A DNA stretch of 58,238 nucleotides from Pachysolen tannophilus NRRL Y-2460. Taxonomy: Eukaryota. The notes under the pieces are model-generated. The model ran no database searches and was not told the DNA's origin. It was given only the letters and a program-made list of their open reading frames with translations. Below, one piece after another: positions 1 to 9,902 of the stretch. The stretch spans positions 62,001-120,238 of the forward strand of contig KV454018.1 in assembly GCA_001661245.1 (NCBI GenBank), given 5' to 3'. Both the position numbers and the translations under genes were made by a program. Within the stretch, counting starts at the first letter, position 1, and every line of letters begins with the position of its first letter.

Positions 1-177
1 TATTTCTATTAAAAATTGATAGCTCAATTTCACGCTTAGCTTAATAGTGGAGAAAGTACCTAAAAAATAAATGAAAAAGATAACTAAATTATATTTCATA
101 TTATATTATTTATTCATATATTGATATATTGATATATTAAGACGAGGTGGGTGTTTATCATTAGGAAGTAATCGATA

Positions 178-2334
178 ATGGGTCACTTGATAACTTTAGC
201 AACTTGTAATTTGAATCAATGGGCTTTGGATTTTGAAGGAAACAGAGATAGAATTGTGGAAAGTATTAAAATTGCAAAATCAAAAGGTGCAAGATTAAGA
301 GTTGGACCTGAATTAGAAGTCCCCGGTTATGGTTGTTTAGATCATTTTTTAGAAAATGATACTTATCTACATTCATGGGAAATGTATGCTTCTATATTAA
401 CAAATGAAGATACTTATGATATTGTATTGGATATTGGTATGCCAATTGTACATAAAAGTAGAAAATATAATTGTAGAATCTTATCTTATAATGGTAAGAT
501 TTTATTTATTAGACCAAAAATTTTTTTAGCAAATGATGGTAATTATCGTGAAATGAGATTTTTCACTCCATTTTTGAAAACAAATACTTGTGAAGAATAT
601 GTTCTTCCAAGATTAATTCAAAAAATTACTGGACAAGTTTGTGTGGATTTTGGTGATGCTGTAATTAGTACTTTAGATACCGCAATTGGTTGTGAAACTT
701 GTGAAGAATTATTTACACCTCTGTCACCTCATATTGCATTATCATTGGATGGTGTGGAGATTATTACTAATTCTTCTGGTTCTCATCATGAATTGAGAAA
801 GCTTAATACTAGAATGGAATTAATTTCAGAAGCTACTGCAAAATGTGGTGGTATTTATCTTTACGCTAATCAAAAAGGTTGTGATGGTGATAGATTATAT
901 TATGACGGTTGTGCATCAATTGCTGTCAATGGTAAGATTGTTGCTCAAGGTAGTCAATTTTCATTAGATGATGTTGAAGTTGTTACAGCAACAGTTGATT
1001 TAGAAGACGTTAGAGCTTATAGATCATCTATTTCTCATGGACTTCAAAGTAGAGAATCACCAAAATATAAAAGAATTCATGTTCCAATTGAATTGACACC
1101 TTCTTCAACTACTTTTGATATCAAGTTAAAACCAACAAAGATTAGAGAAATTAAGTATTATTTGCCAGAGGAAGAAATAGCTTATGGTCCTGCTTGTTGG
1201 TTGTGGGATTATGTTAGACGTTGTAAAGGTTCTGGATTTTTTTTACCGTTAAGTGGGGGTATTGATAGTTGTGCAACTGCTGTTATCGTATACAGTATGT
1301 GCTGTTTAGTAGTAGATGCAGCAAACAATGGAAATGCTCAAGTAATCGAAGATGCCAGAAGAATCGCCAATATGGAAGATGACAAAGATTGGAAACCAAC
1401 CGATCCTACTGAATTGGCAAATAAAATTTTCCATACTTGTTTTATGGGAACTACAAACTCTTCAAATGATACAAGGTCTCGTTCAAAAGAGTTGGCTTCC
1501 AAAATTGGTTCTTATCATGTTGATCTTAATATGGACTCATTAGTTACTGCTATCGTATCTATATTTGAAGTTGCCACCGGTAAGAAACCTGTTTTCAAAA
1601 TATTTGGAGGTTCAAACATTGAAAATTTGGCTTTACAAAATATTCAGGCCAGATGCCGTATGGTTCTAGCTTACTTGTTTGCTCAACTTTTACCTTGGAC
1701 CAGAGGTAGAACTAACACAGGTGGACTATTAGTTCTAGGTAGTGCAAACGTAGATGAACAATTACGTGGTTATTTGACTAAATATGATTGTTCTTCTGCA
1801 GATATTAACCCTATAGGTGGAATTTCTAAGACCGATTTGAAAAAGTTCATTAAGTTTGGCGTGAAAAGATTCGATCTCCCTATATTGCAGAGCTTTTTGG
1901 ATGCAACTCCTACTGCTGAGTTGGAACCTATCACGGAGAACTATGTTCAATCAGATGAGATCGATATGGGAATGACGTACGAAGAATTATCAATATTCGG
2001 TAGATTGAGAAAAGTTTCAAAATGTGGCCCATATTCAATGTTTATCAAGTTATTGCACGAATGGTCTGATGTGTATAAGCCAAGAATTATTGCTGAGAAG
2101 GTCAATCGATTCTTCTGGTACTATGCAGTTAACAGACATAAACAAACTGTTTCCACACCAAGTTATCATGCTGAACAGTATTCTCCTGATGATAATAGAT
2201 TTGATTTAAGACCATTTTTAATCAATCCTGCTTTTCCTTGGGCTAGAAAGAAGATAAATGAAATAGTGGAGACTTTGGAGATGAATGATGGCGAAGATAA
2301 ACATCACCAGTTAGAAAACATGGTTCTTACATGA
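178..2334 (+). CDS. QNS1: Glutamine-dependent NAD+ synthetase
   Basis: 718-aa ORF; N-terminal nitrilase-type domain ([28 protein letters not shown]) and NAD synthase domain ([46 protein letters not shown]). Confidence 0.97.
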   Translation: MGHLITLATCNLNQWALDFEGNRDRIVESIKIAKSKGARLRVGPELEVPGYGCLDHFLENDTYLHSWEMYASILTNEDTYDIVLDIGMPIVHKSRKYNCRILSYNGKILFIRPKIFLANDGNYREMRFFTPFLKTNTCEEYVLPRLIQKITGQVCVDFGDAVISTLDTAIGCETCEELFTPLSPHIALSLDGVEIITNSSGSHHELRKLNTRMELISEATAKCGGIYLYANQKGCDGDRLYYDGCASIAVNGKIVAQGSQFSLDDVEVVTATVDLEDVRAYRSSISHGLQSRESPKYKRIHVPIELTPSSTTFDIKLKPTKIREIKYYLPEEEIAYGPACWLWDYVRRCKGSGFFLPLSGGIDSCATAVIVYSMCCLVVDAANNGNAQVIEDARRIANMEDDKDWKPTDPTELANKIFHTCFMGTTNSSNDTRSRSKELASKIGSYHVDLNMDSLVTAIVSIFEVATGKKPVFKIFGGSNIENLALQNIQARCRMVLAYLFAQLLPWTRGRTNTGGLLVLGSANVDEQLRGYLTKYDCSSADINPIGGISKTDLKKFIKFGVKRFDLPILQSFLDATPTAELEPITENYVQSDEIDMGMTYEELSIFGRLRKVSKCGPYSMFIKLLHEWSDVYKPRIIAEKVNRFFWYYAVNRHKQTVSTPSYHAEQYSPDDNRFDLRPFLINPAFPWARKKINEIVETLEMNDGEDKHHQLENMVLT

Positions 2335-2546
2335 ATTGCAGTTTTAATTTTTTTTTCTTTTAAAGGCGAATTATCAGTTTTTAGTTTACATATGAAAATG
2401 GTAGATACACTTTAAGTACATTTCTAATTATAAAAAATTAGATATTTAAAACAGTAGAAATCAACAATATAAATTTGTTCTAAGTGTCAGAAAATAAAAT
2501 TGAGTGAAAACCCAATGTGAACCATAAAAGACCCAGAAAATGTAAA

Positions 2547-5500
2547 TTAATCTATTGAAGCTAATTGATTTGGCGAACTGTTAATACCTTTAAAAACTTC
2601 TAAAAATTTATCTATTCCTGCGCTTAGATCATTAATTGAATTCTCATTATAATCATTCTGTCCACTTGAGTTTTCAATGTCTTCATTATTTAAATCAAAA
2701 GTCTTGTCTGCAAAATAACTGTCATTTGTTTTGATACTACTGTGAACCTTTTTGTAGTTCTCAAATTCAAGTTTCAAATTTTCGTTTTGCAAACTTAACT
2801 CATGAATTTTTTTCGTCAACTCTTCTTCTTTCTTAATAGCTGACAATTGATAGTTCTTGATATATATTTGTTGTTTTGACAAAATATTCTTGAATTTTTC
2901 TAAACTCAAAATTTTTTGGTTTATTAAATCTTCATAAGCACTAATTTTTAAGCTTTGTTCTTGAGTTTGCGAGAATAAAGAAGATATTTTCAAATTTTTC
3001 ATTTCTAGTTCCTTCTCGAGCGATGAAACCAGAGATTCATGAGCACCCAAGGATTTTTGATTACTCGAAAGTAAAATTTCCTGCTTTTCATGAGAGGACG
3101 TTAACTCTGAAAGTTCTGCTTTCAAAGAGTTGATAGTAACATCTTTAGTAGATACTTCTGTACTTAGATTATTCAACTCATTTTCTTTTGCTTTATTCTC
3201 TTTCTCTAAGTTGATAATGTTCTGGTTTGCAACAACCATTTTATCACTTAACGATTTCTTTAAGAAATTTAATTTTTCGTATAATTGCAACAGAACTGCA
3301 CTATCCATCAGGTTCTTAGGTATTTGTTCATCATTCTGTGAGGAAATAGGTAACACAGGTAGTGAAGTATCTTTTGATTCAGATTTATCATCTTTAAGAC
3401 CTTTATTATTCGTTAATTCCTCTTCTAAGCTTTTGAATTCGGAAGAAGAATCATTATCTTTGAAGCTAGAATTCTTATTCAAAACTGGAGTATCCTGATT
3501 ATTGCTAATATTTCTATTCAAAGAATCACCTGAATTATCATCATCATTGGAAGTGTGTACATTATTGAATAATTTATCTGTTGATTCTGAACCACTGTAT
3601 TTTCCAGAATACTTGTCCAACAAACTGCTCATTGTAAAGTTAGAAGTAACACTTTCATTATGATGATTGAGAAAAGATTTATCCGCTTCTTTTGATGAAC
3701 CCGTCAGCACAGCAGGATCTAATAAATTACTTCGAGAGTCTTTATCAAAGTTGGATATATTAATATTCAGAGAAATCAGATCACTCGATTTTTTAAATTC
3801 ATTCATTTCCTCTTCAAGTTTATTAAACCCATTGTTTTCAGTATCTTTAGAGGAAAATTTATCATTATTTATGTTAGAATGTGTACCTGTTTCCAGTTTT
3901 AAAGCATTTTGAGATCCAGATTCCTCTATTTTCGAATCATCCCTGTATATTTGAGAGTCGCCGCTTTTCACTCTGTGTCCTTGGGGAACTGGCGGCGATT
4001 TATGTTGTTTGCTTTGAGAGACTTGTCTTAAAACAGGAGTAACGTTTTTGCTAGAGTTAATGATTTCTGCAGTCTTAGTTCGTGTATTTTTAGAGTTTTC
4101 AGGACTGTTAGTGTTGTCATTGTTATTAACACTACCTCCACTTCTTATTCTTCTGTTTTTAGCAACGCTGATGCTATCAATTCTTTTAACACCAGAAGAT
4201 CCAGAGTAAATTGAAGTATTATGCGAAGAACTACTAACTCTATCTGAACGTTTGGTATCCTTACGTTGCCTTAAAGGAGTCGAAGAAAATATTTCATCAT
4301 CTTCAGGATGCGAAATTGACTTTGTTGAATGTGTTTCAAACGGAACTTTAGATTCTTCAGAAGCTTGAATTATTTCACTATCAGTTTCGTTTAACAGAGA
4401 TTTTGGAATCAGGTAAGTTTGTTCAACCTCATTATTTTCATTTTTACTATTGTCTTCCATGATCGCAATGTTTACTGATTCCAAAATATAATCTTCCAAT
4501 CTTGATAGATCGAATTCGTAAATATAAGTAGTTTTATACTCAAATTCATTAGGATCGATACCAGTCAATTCTAGTAAATCATCATTATCTGTATCGTTAA
4601 TGGAATCTAATACAACAATATCTTCTCTTGAATTATTATTTTCGGAATCCAATTGATCGCCTCCCATTATTAACAATTTTTCATTCACTAAGTCATAAGT
4701 AATGGAGTGGCCACTTCGTCTTCCAGGAGCATTCAAGCCATTGGTTGATATCTTGAAAGCTTCAAACGTATCCAAATTTATAGCAATAAAATGATCTAAT
4801 GTAAAACCGTTTGAATCTTTCCCACCATAACTTATTAAGTAATTCTGATATAACGTTGCAGCATGTTCTTCTAACAGTGGAGGTTGATACGTGGAAGAAT
4901 AGTTACAAACTTTCCATGATTCATCAAAGGGATTGAAACAATACAATTTATTTGATAAAGTTCCATTCATTGTAACACCTCCAAATATAAAAATCTTTCC
5001 CTCATACACTGTCATGGTATGGTTTGATAAAGGAGGAGGCTGAAACCTTGATATTTTACCCTTATTATTGTCATAAATCATTTTCCACTGAGTAGTTGGT
5101 TTTCTGAAATTTCTCAAATCAAAGCACCACATATCGTTAAACGTTTCCTCATCCAACTGACCACCAAATAAATACAAATAAGATGACCACGAAGCTTCTT
5201 CTGATTCTATTTCATTTTGGAAAGTTACAACTGTTATTGAGTGGCCATATCTACCTTTAGGCTTCAATCCCTGTGGCTGTGGAATTGTCCATTTTAATGA
5301 GTTGATGTTGAAAAAATAAAGACTGTTATCCAATTCACCTGAAGAATTCAATTGTATTGTATCACCTCCATAAACTATGAAAGCATTACCAATTAAAATT
5401 GAACTATGACCAACCCTTGGAGCAGGGATACAATCAAAATTTTCAATTGGTTTTGCAATGTATGAATAATCACTTGTTTGATCGTTTTTAACGGCATTAA

Positions 5501-5819
5501 TTTTCCATATATCACCATAGACATTACCATCACGTAAACCACCCATAACAAAAGTAGTTCCAGCGTCGGAAGAAGTTGTTGATGCTGTATGACGATACCT
5601 TGGAAAAGGAGAATTATATAATTTTTTCTTTTTCCAGGGCACCAGTTCACCATACTGGTCTTTGGCCGATACAGGAGTTCTATTATCAGCTATTTGAGTA
5701 CGATCTTTAGGAATTTCGTTTCTATTTTGATGAGAATTATATGTCAAATTTGGAGATCTATAAGACTGATCAGATCCCTGATATTGGAAATCAGTCATAC
5801 CATTGTTAGCGCCGTTAAA
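2547..5819 (-). CDS. KEL1: Kelch-repeat cell-polarity protein (Kel1/Kel2 family), main body; its 5' part appears displaced to 6319-6924 on the opposite strand
   Basis: Kelch repeats matching Kel1 (SPFPRYRH, GGLRDGNVYGD, PAPRVGHSS, PKGRYGHS, LYLFGGQ, GRRSGHS) and C-terminal coiled coil. The track ORF starts at a TTG (5930); the first in-frame ATG is at 5798. Confidence 0.88.
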   Translation of the reverse strand, partial: FNGANNGMTDFQYQGSDQSYRSPNLTYNSHQNRNEIPKDRTQIADNRTPVSAKDQYGELVPWKKKKLYNSPFPRYRHTASTTSSDAGTTFVMGGLRDGNVYGDIWKINAVKNDQTSDYSYIAKPIENFDCIPAPRVGHSSILIGNAFIVYGGDTIQLNSSGELDNSLYFFNINSLKWTIPQPQGLKPKGRYGHSITVVTFQNEIESEEASWSSYLYLFGGQLDEETFNDMWCFDLRNFRKPTTQWKMIYDNNKGKISRFQPPPLSNHTMTVYEGKIFIFGGVTMNGTLSNKLYCFNPFDESWKVCNYSSTYQPPLLEEHAATLYQNYLISYGGKDSNGFTLDHFIAINLDTFEAFKISTNGLNAPGRRSGHSITYDLVNEKLLIMGGDQLDSENNNSREDIVVLDSINDTDNDDLLELTGIDPNEFEYKTTYIYEFDLSRLEDYILESVNIAIMEDNSKNENNEVEQTYLIPKSLLNETDSEIIQASEESKVPFETHSTKSISHPEDDEIFSSTPLRQRKDTKRSDRVSSSSHNTSIYSGSSGVKRIDSISVAKNRRIRSGGSVNNNDNTNSPENSKNTRTKTAEIINSSKNVTPVLRQVSQSKQHKSPPVPQGHRVKSGDSQIYRDDSKIEESGSQNALKLETGTHSNINNDKFSSKDTENNGFNKLEEEMNEFKKSSDLISLNINISNFDKDSRSNLLDPAVLTGSSKEADKSFLNHHNESVTSNFTMSSLLDKYSGKYSGSESTDKLFNNVHTSNDDDNSGDSLNRNISNNQDTPVLNKNSSFKDNDSSSEFKSLEEELTNNKGLKDDKSESKDTSLPVLPISSQNDEQIPKNLMDSAVLLQLYEKLNFLKKSLSDKMVVANQNIINLEKENKAKENELNNLSTEVSTKDVTINSLKAELSELTSSHEKQEILLSSNQKSLGAHESLVSSLEKELEMKNLKISSLFSQTQEQSLKISAYEDLINQKILSLEKFKNILSKQQIYIKNYQLSAIKKEEELTKKIHELSLQNENLKLEFENYKKVHSSIKTNDSYFADKTFDLNNEDIENSSGQNDYNENSINDLSAGIDKFLEVFKGINSSPNQLASID

Positions 5820-5896
5820 ATTTTGAACTTGATGACGAAATTGTCGATGACGATTGGAATAACGACTTTGGTTTAGATGAGGATGACATGGTTTAG
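5820..5896 (+). CDS. Displaced C-terminal fragment (FELDDEIVDDDWNNDFGLDEDDMV*) inferred to belong to the 6925-8488 gene
   Basis: Frame 5822-5896 reads as a protein-like acidic tail ending TAG, preceded by an in-frame TAA (5816-5818) so it has no N-terminus, and followed by T-rich 3'UTR-like sequence. Confidence 0.75.
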
Positions 5897-6318
5897 GTTT
5901 ACAGGCAGTTTTGTTTTTTTTTTTGCTCAACTTTTATTAATAACAAATTTATGTTTATTTCTTTTTTTTTTTTCTTTCAATTCTCTTCTTACTACTACAC
6001 TCTTATGTCCTATCAGGCTTTCTTTATCTTCTCAATCTCAATCCTATACAGTATTAATATATATCTTCTATATAACTCTATATTATCGTAATCTGAAAGA
6101 GGTTTCTTAAAAATACAACAAAAGTAGTGTTGTGAACGAAAAGAGGAAAATTTTAAAATGAGCACCACAGGCAAAGTAAAGTAATCCTTTTATAAGGTGA
6201 TTATAGATTAGAATTAGATCCAACGGCGGTTAAGGAAGAGATTGGATTTCTTGGTACTGTCAACTTTGAAGGTTCTGTTTTGTTATTTTATTTGACATAT
6301 TGAGGAGCCAGGAGAAGA

Positions 6319-6924
6319 ATGCCGGCCAATTTTTTCAAGAAGAAGAAGAATCATTCCAATTCACAGAGACCTAGTGGTAATTCCCTGATCCCTGGTAAAC
6401 GTGATACATCAGATTCAAGCAGTTTAATTTCTGGCTCGATTACTTCCAAATCATCATTTCATCAATTGCCTCGAGCCTCGCTTCAACAGGATGTGTATAG
6501 TTATACGAGGAATGGGTCGTCGGAGTACCAACACCAAAACCCAAACCAAAGTCAAAGTCAAATTCAAAGCCAAAGCCAAAGTCAAAGCCTGCAGCAACTC
6601 CAGCAATTGCAATTGCAACAACAACAACAGCTGAGCCAACATCAGTATCATACGCCTTTATTAGCTGGGCAACAACAACATTATTTCCCCAATTCTCAAA
6701 GTGTTTCTCCCCCAGAGTATGCCACTCCTCCAACAACGGTTAATAGTAATTACTCTCCCTCGTACAAGACTCGTCAGTATAATTCGGCAAATATTCCAAT
6801 GCAATCGACTTTTGCTCAGCAACATCAATATAGGACCCAACCAACTTCTTATAGCGCTACTCCATCTCCTTATAATAGAAACTTGGAATATTCTAATGGC
6901 AGGAATTACCAACAAGCTCAGGGA
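6319..6924 (+). CDS. Displaced N-terminal part of the Kel1-like gene (S/Q/P-rich); as assembled it runs to a stop at 6945
   Basis: ATG start MPANFFKKKKNHS resembles the basic/aromatic start of Kel1 proteins; low-complexity Q/S-rich composition matches the stretch preceding the kelch repeats; overlaps the convergent ORF by 53 nt. Confidence 0.75.
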
Positions 6925-8488
6925 CTTCTGTTATATCATTTATAGCGCCTGTTCCTGTTGTAGTGGTGCCTTCTTTAGTACTGCTGGTGGTACCCGTGCC
7001 CACGCCTGTGCCGGTACCTATACCGGTACCTGTGCCCGATTTCCTATTGGAGAATTCTTTCATTTCAACAGGTCCTCTTGGTGGATTCTTACTCACATCA
7101 TTCCAACTTTCTCTATTTGCAGATTTTGAGTCCTTTTTATCTCTGGATCCACTGGATCCACTGGATTGAGCATGGTTACCATCTGGATGAGATCCTCCAT
7201 GAATAACAGCATCGACAACTGATTTTATCGATGAAGGAATCTTATATCCATGTGCCGATGATGCAGCAGTATCATCAAACAAATTCTTGATTCTATTCTC
7301 AGAAGAATGATGTTCCAATTCTTCAGGTTGACTAGGTACCTCATAAAAGGATTCAGTGGCTGTAGTCTCATTTTGTTGTTCAGAAAGATCAAGAAAATTT
7401 AATTTTTCAAATTCAGATTGTATATAATTATCAACTTGTGAAAGAATACCCCATAATGAACTTTTCTTATTATTACTACCACCAACCCCACTATCTCTAT
7501 TTGTCTGTCTTTGTCTTGGTGGATTATTTAAATTAGCAAGTGATGAGGATTGTGAATTTGTAGTACTAGAATTAAAATTATCATCCAATGGATGTTGCCT
7601 TGTATGATTTTTATTTGAAGATGGTGATGCAACCAAGTTTTTCCTACTTGGCGGATTAGGAAAGACTCCTAGCTGAGGTTGAATAGGTGTATTTTGAGCT
7701 GAAGAACTTATATGTTTGTATAGATTTTTTTCGACATTTTTTTTCAATACTTCAAATTCCATTTCCATTGTCTTTTTCTTGGTAAGTAAATTTTTAATAG
7801 TTTCCTTTATTTCCAATATTTCCAGTTCCTTTGTCGCCAATTCTCTTAAATCTTTTGATAATGTATCTTCGTTATTAACTTTGCTTGGTGAAGAACCTCC
7901 TGGTAATGATAGCCCATCATCTAAAGTCTGACTTATTTGAGGAAATCTTGGAGTCTCTGGTGATGGAGTTGGACTTATATCAACATTGTCAATAAGATTA
8001 TGAGACATCCTGTTTTCAGACTTATTACTTAAGCTCATTGGAGGAGTTCCTGCTTGACTTGTAGGTGGTTGATTAGAATCCTCTGAAGACACAACAGGAA
8101 TATTGAAATTAATACCAGATATTCTCTTATTAGATGAATTTTTCTTCCCAGTAGATGAATTCGACCCGATACTCAATTGTCTATAATGAGATTTCGAAGA
8201 AGAATTTAACTGCAGCCTTGCCTGAGAGACTTTACTAGTACTGCTACTACCATTATTATTATTATTATTGCTGTTTGTATTGGTATTAATATTTCTTGTT
8301 TTGGGTAAAGTAGAAGCTGTCACTTCCTTGCTTTTAGGATTCAGAACTGGTGTCTTGAAAGTTGATTCAACGGGACTCTCCATTGGAGGAGTTATAATGT
8401 TAGTTCCATCAACATTACCAGAGCTATCAGTTGGAGTCACAATTTTTTTGATACTCTCGACGTTATCACTAGAATCTGGTGATGACAT
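6925..8488 (-). CDS. Low-complexity coiled-coil protein, probably Tda11-like; as assembled ends at 6893, true C-terminus inferred at 5820-5896
   Basis: 531-aa ORF, S/N-rich, with coiled coil LRELATKELEILEIKETIKNL and motif SLWGILSQVDNYIQSEFEKL reminiscent of Tda11. Confidence 0.65.
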
Positions 8489-9025
8489 TTCCAGAATTAC
8501 CTTTCAAAATGAGTCTCAGTTCAAGTACACTCTTAAGACTATTATCAATAAGAAATATTTTGACTCAGTAAAACTGTTACGCTGCTATCGTTGCTTCTGT
8601 TCTTACTGATGTCGCTAACACTACTGCGGTATTAATCAGCAATGATAAATATGATAGAGATAACGACAATGAATAAAATTATTGGTAAAAACAAAAAAAA
8701 AAAAAAAACACCACAAAAGAAAAAACAAAAAAAAAAGTCAACTTTATATATCAAAATTACTCAAATATATTATATTATCAATGGAGTTGACTGGTAACAA
8801 AACAATTTTACCTGTTATCAATGTCATTTAATATTATAATATTTTAAAATCTTTCTTATCACTTTTTTGTATTTTTATTTTTTTCACCTTTTTTTCTTTT
8901 TTTGTGTACTTAACTCAACCTAATTGAGATACATAATATAGAACAGAAACGGGTATTAAACTTGAACCAGCCAAAACGGTTTTAGGTTGGACCAGCAAGC
9001 AAGTGATTTGTTTTTTTGAAAAGAG

Positions 9026-9688
9026 ATGTACAAGTCATCTGAACGATCTAAGGATGAAGAGAAAACCAAAGGATCGAGATATCGTGAGTCAAGATATCGT
9101 GAATCAAGACATCGTGATAAACATGACGTTTCTCATGGGAATTTGTCTTCTTCAAGTAGAAATAGAGAAAAATCACCAGTACGAGAGTTAAAACCTGTAG
9201 ATAGGAAAGAAAATAACAATAACGTTGGGATACAATTGAAGCCATCAGGATTATTAGGACGAAATGAAAAGAGTAAAAAAATAGCTCTGTCCAAAAAAGA
9301 GAATGATAAATATTCACCTCCAAAAGATTCAATAGTACCGGCATCTTTATCTAAGAGTTTTCAACTTTTTTTATTCAAAAGTGAAGACGATAAAGATGCA
9401 ACTAAAATAGTTCTTTCTTCGAAATCTTTTTACATAATTGGAAAAGATGAAGAAGTTTGTGATATTATTGTTAGAGATAGTGATACTGTGTCTTCGCAAC
9501 ATGCAGTTGTTCAGTTTAGAGAAAAATCAACAGGAAATGTATCGCTGTATATAATAGATATGGACTCAAAAAATGGGAGTTTTTTAAATGAAGTGGAAAT
9601 TCCAAAAGAGAGGTATATTGAATTGAAAAATCAAGATATACTTAGGTTTGGTGAGAGCGATTGGGAGTATATTTTCATAAGTTCATAA
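9026..9688 (+). CDS. PML1: FHA-domain pre-mRNA retention/splicing factor (Pml1/SNIP1-like)
   Basis: RS/RE-rich N-terminus, KPSGLL motif, C-terminal FHA domain (YIIGK, TVSSQHAVVQFR, IIDMDSKNGSFLN, YIELKNQDILRFG). Confidence 0.8.
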   Translation: MYKSSERSKDEEKTKGSRYRESRYRESRHRDKHDVSHGNLSSSSRNREKSPVRELKPVDRKENNNNVGIQLKPSGLLGRNEKSKKIALSKKENDKYSPPKDSIVPASLSKSFQLFLFKSEDDKDATKIVLSSKSFYIIGKDEEVCDIIVRDSDTVSSQHAVVQFREKSTGNVSLYIIDMDSKNGSFLNEVEIPKERYIELKNQDILRFGESDWEYIFISS

Positions 9689-9902
9689 GTATATAATAAA
9701 CTGCAAAAATAGATGTTATACAAGAAACCTTATAAAAAGGTCATTTTGTAATGAATAAAACCTATATTCTCTTTCTATAAACACCAATGGTACTTTGAAA
9801 CAAATAAAAAAAAAAAAGTTCAAAAAATCAGAAAGAAGTAAAAAAGAAAAAAGTAACAATATATGATACAAAAGTAAAAGCCTTTTTTCTATATTAGGTT
9901 CT

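Larger units (their letters stand above)
5820..6924. other. Inverted segment (~1.1 kb) breaking two adjacent genes; breakpoints uncertain by a few nt
   Basis: Contains, on +, a headless acidic C-terminal coding fragment (5820-5896), a T-rich intergenic region and a tailless N-terminal ORF (6319-6924); reverse-complementing it restores both flanking minus-strand reading frames. Confidence 0.85.

Noticed and set aside
3130..3912. Antisense ORFs within long genes (here and at 9916, 16600, 18175, 19470, 45664, 51611 etc.)
   Set aside because: Shadow frames of real genes, mostly TTG/GTG starts and low complexity.
5820..5930. TTG-initiated N-terminus MSKKKNKTACKPKPCHPH of the 1127-aa track ORF
   Set aside because: Non-ATG start; it is the antisense reading of the displaced acidic tail and its 3'UTR.
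6319..6945. 208-aa ORF as an independent gene overlapping its convergent neighbour
   Set aside because: Better explained as the displaced Kel1-like N-terminus; the overlap disappears when the segment is re-inverted.
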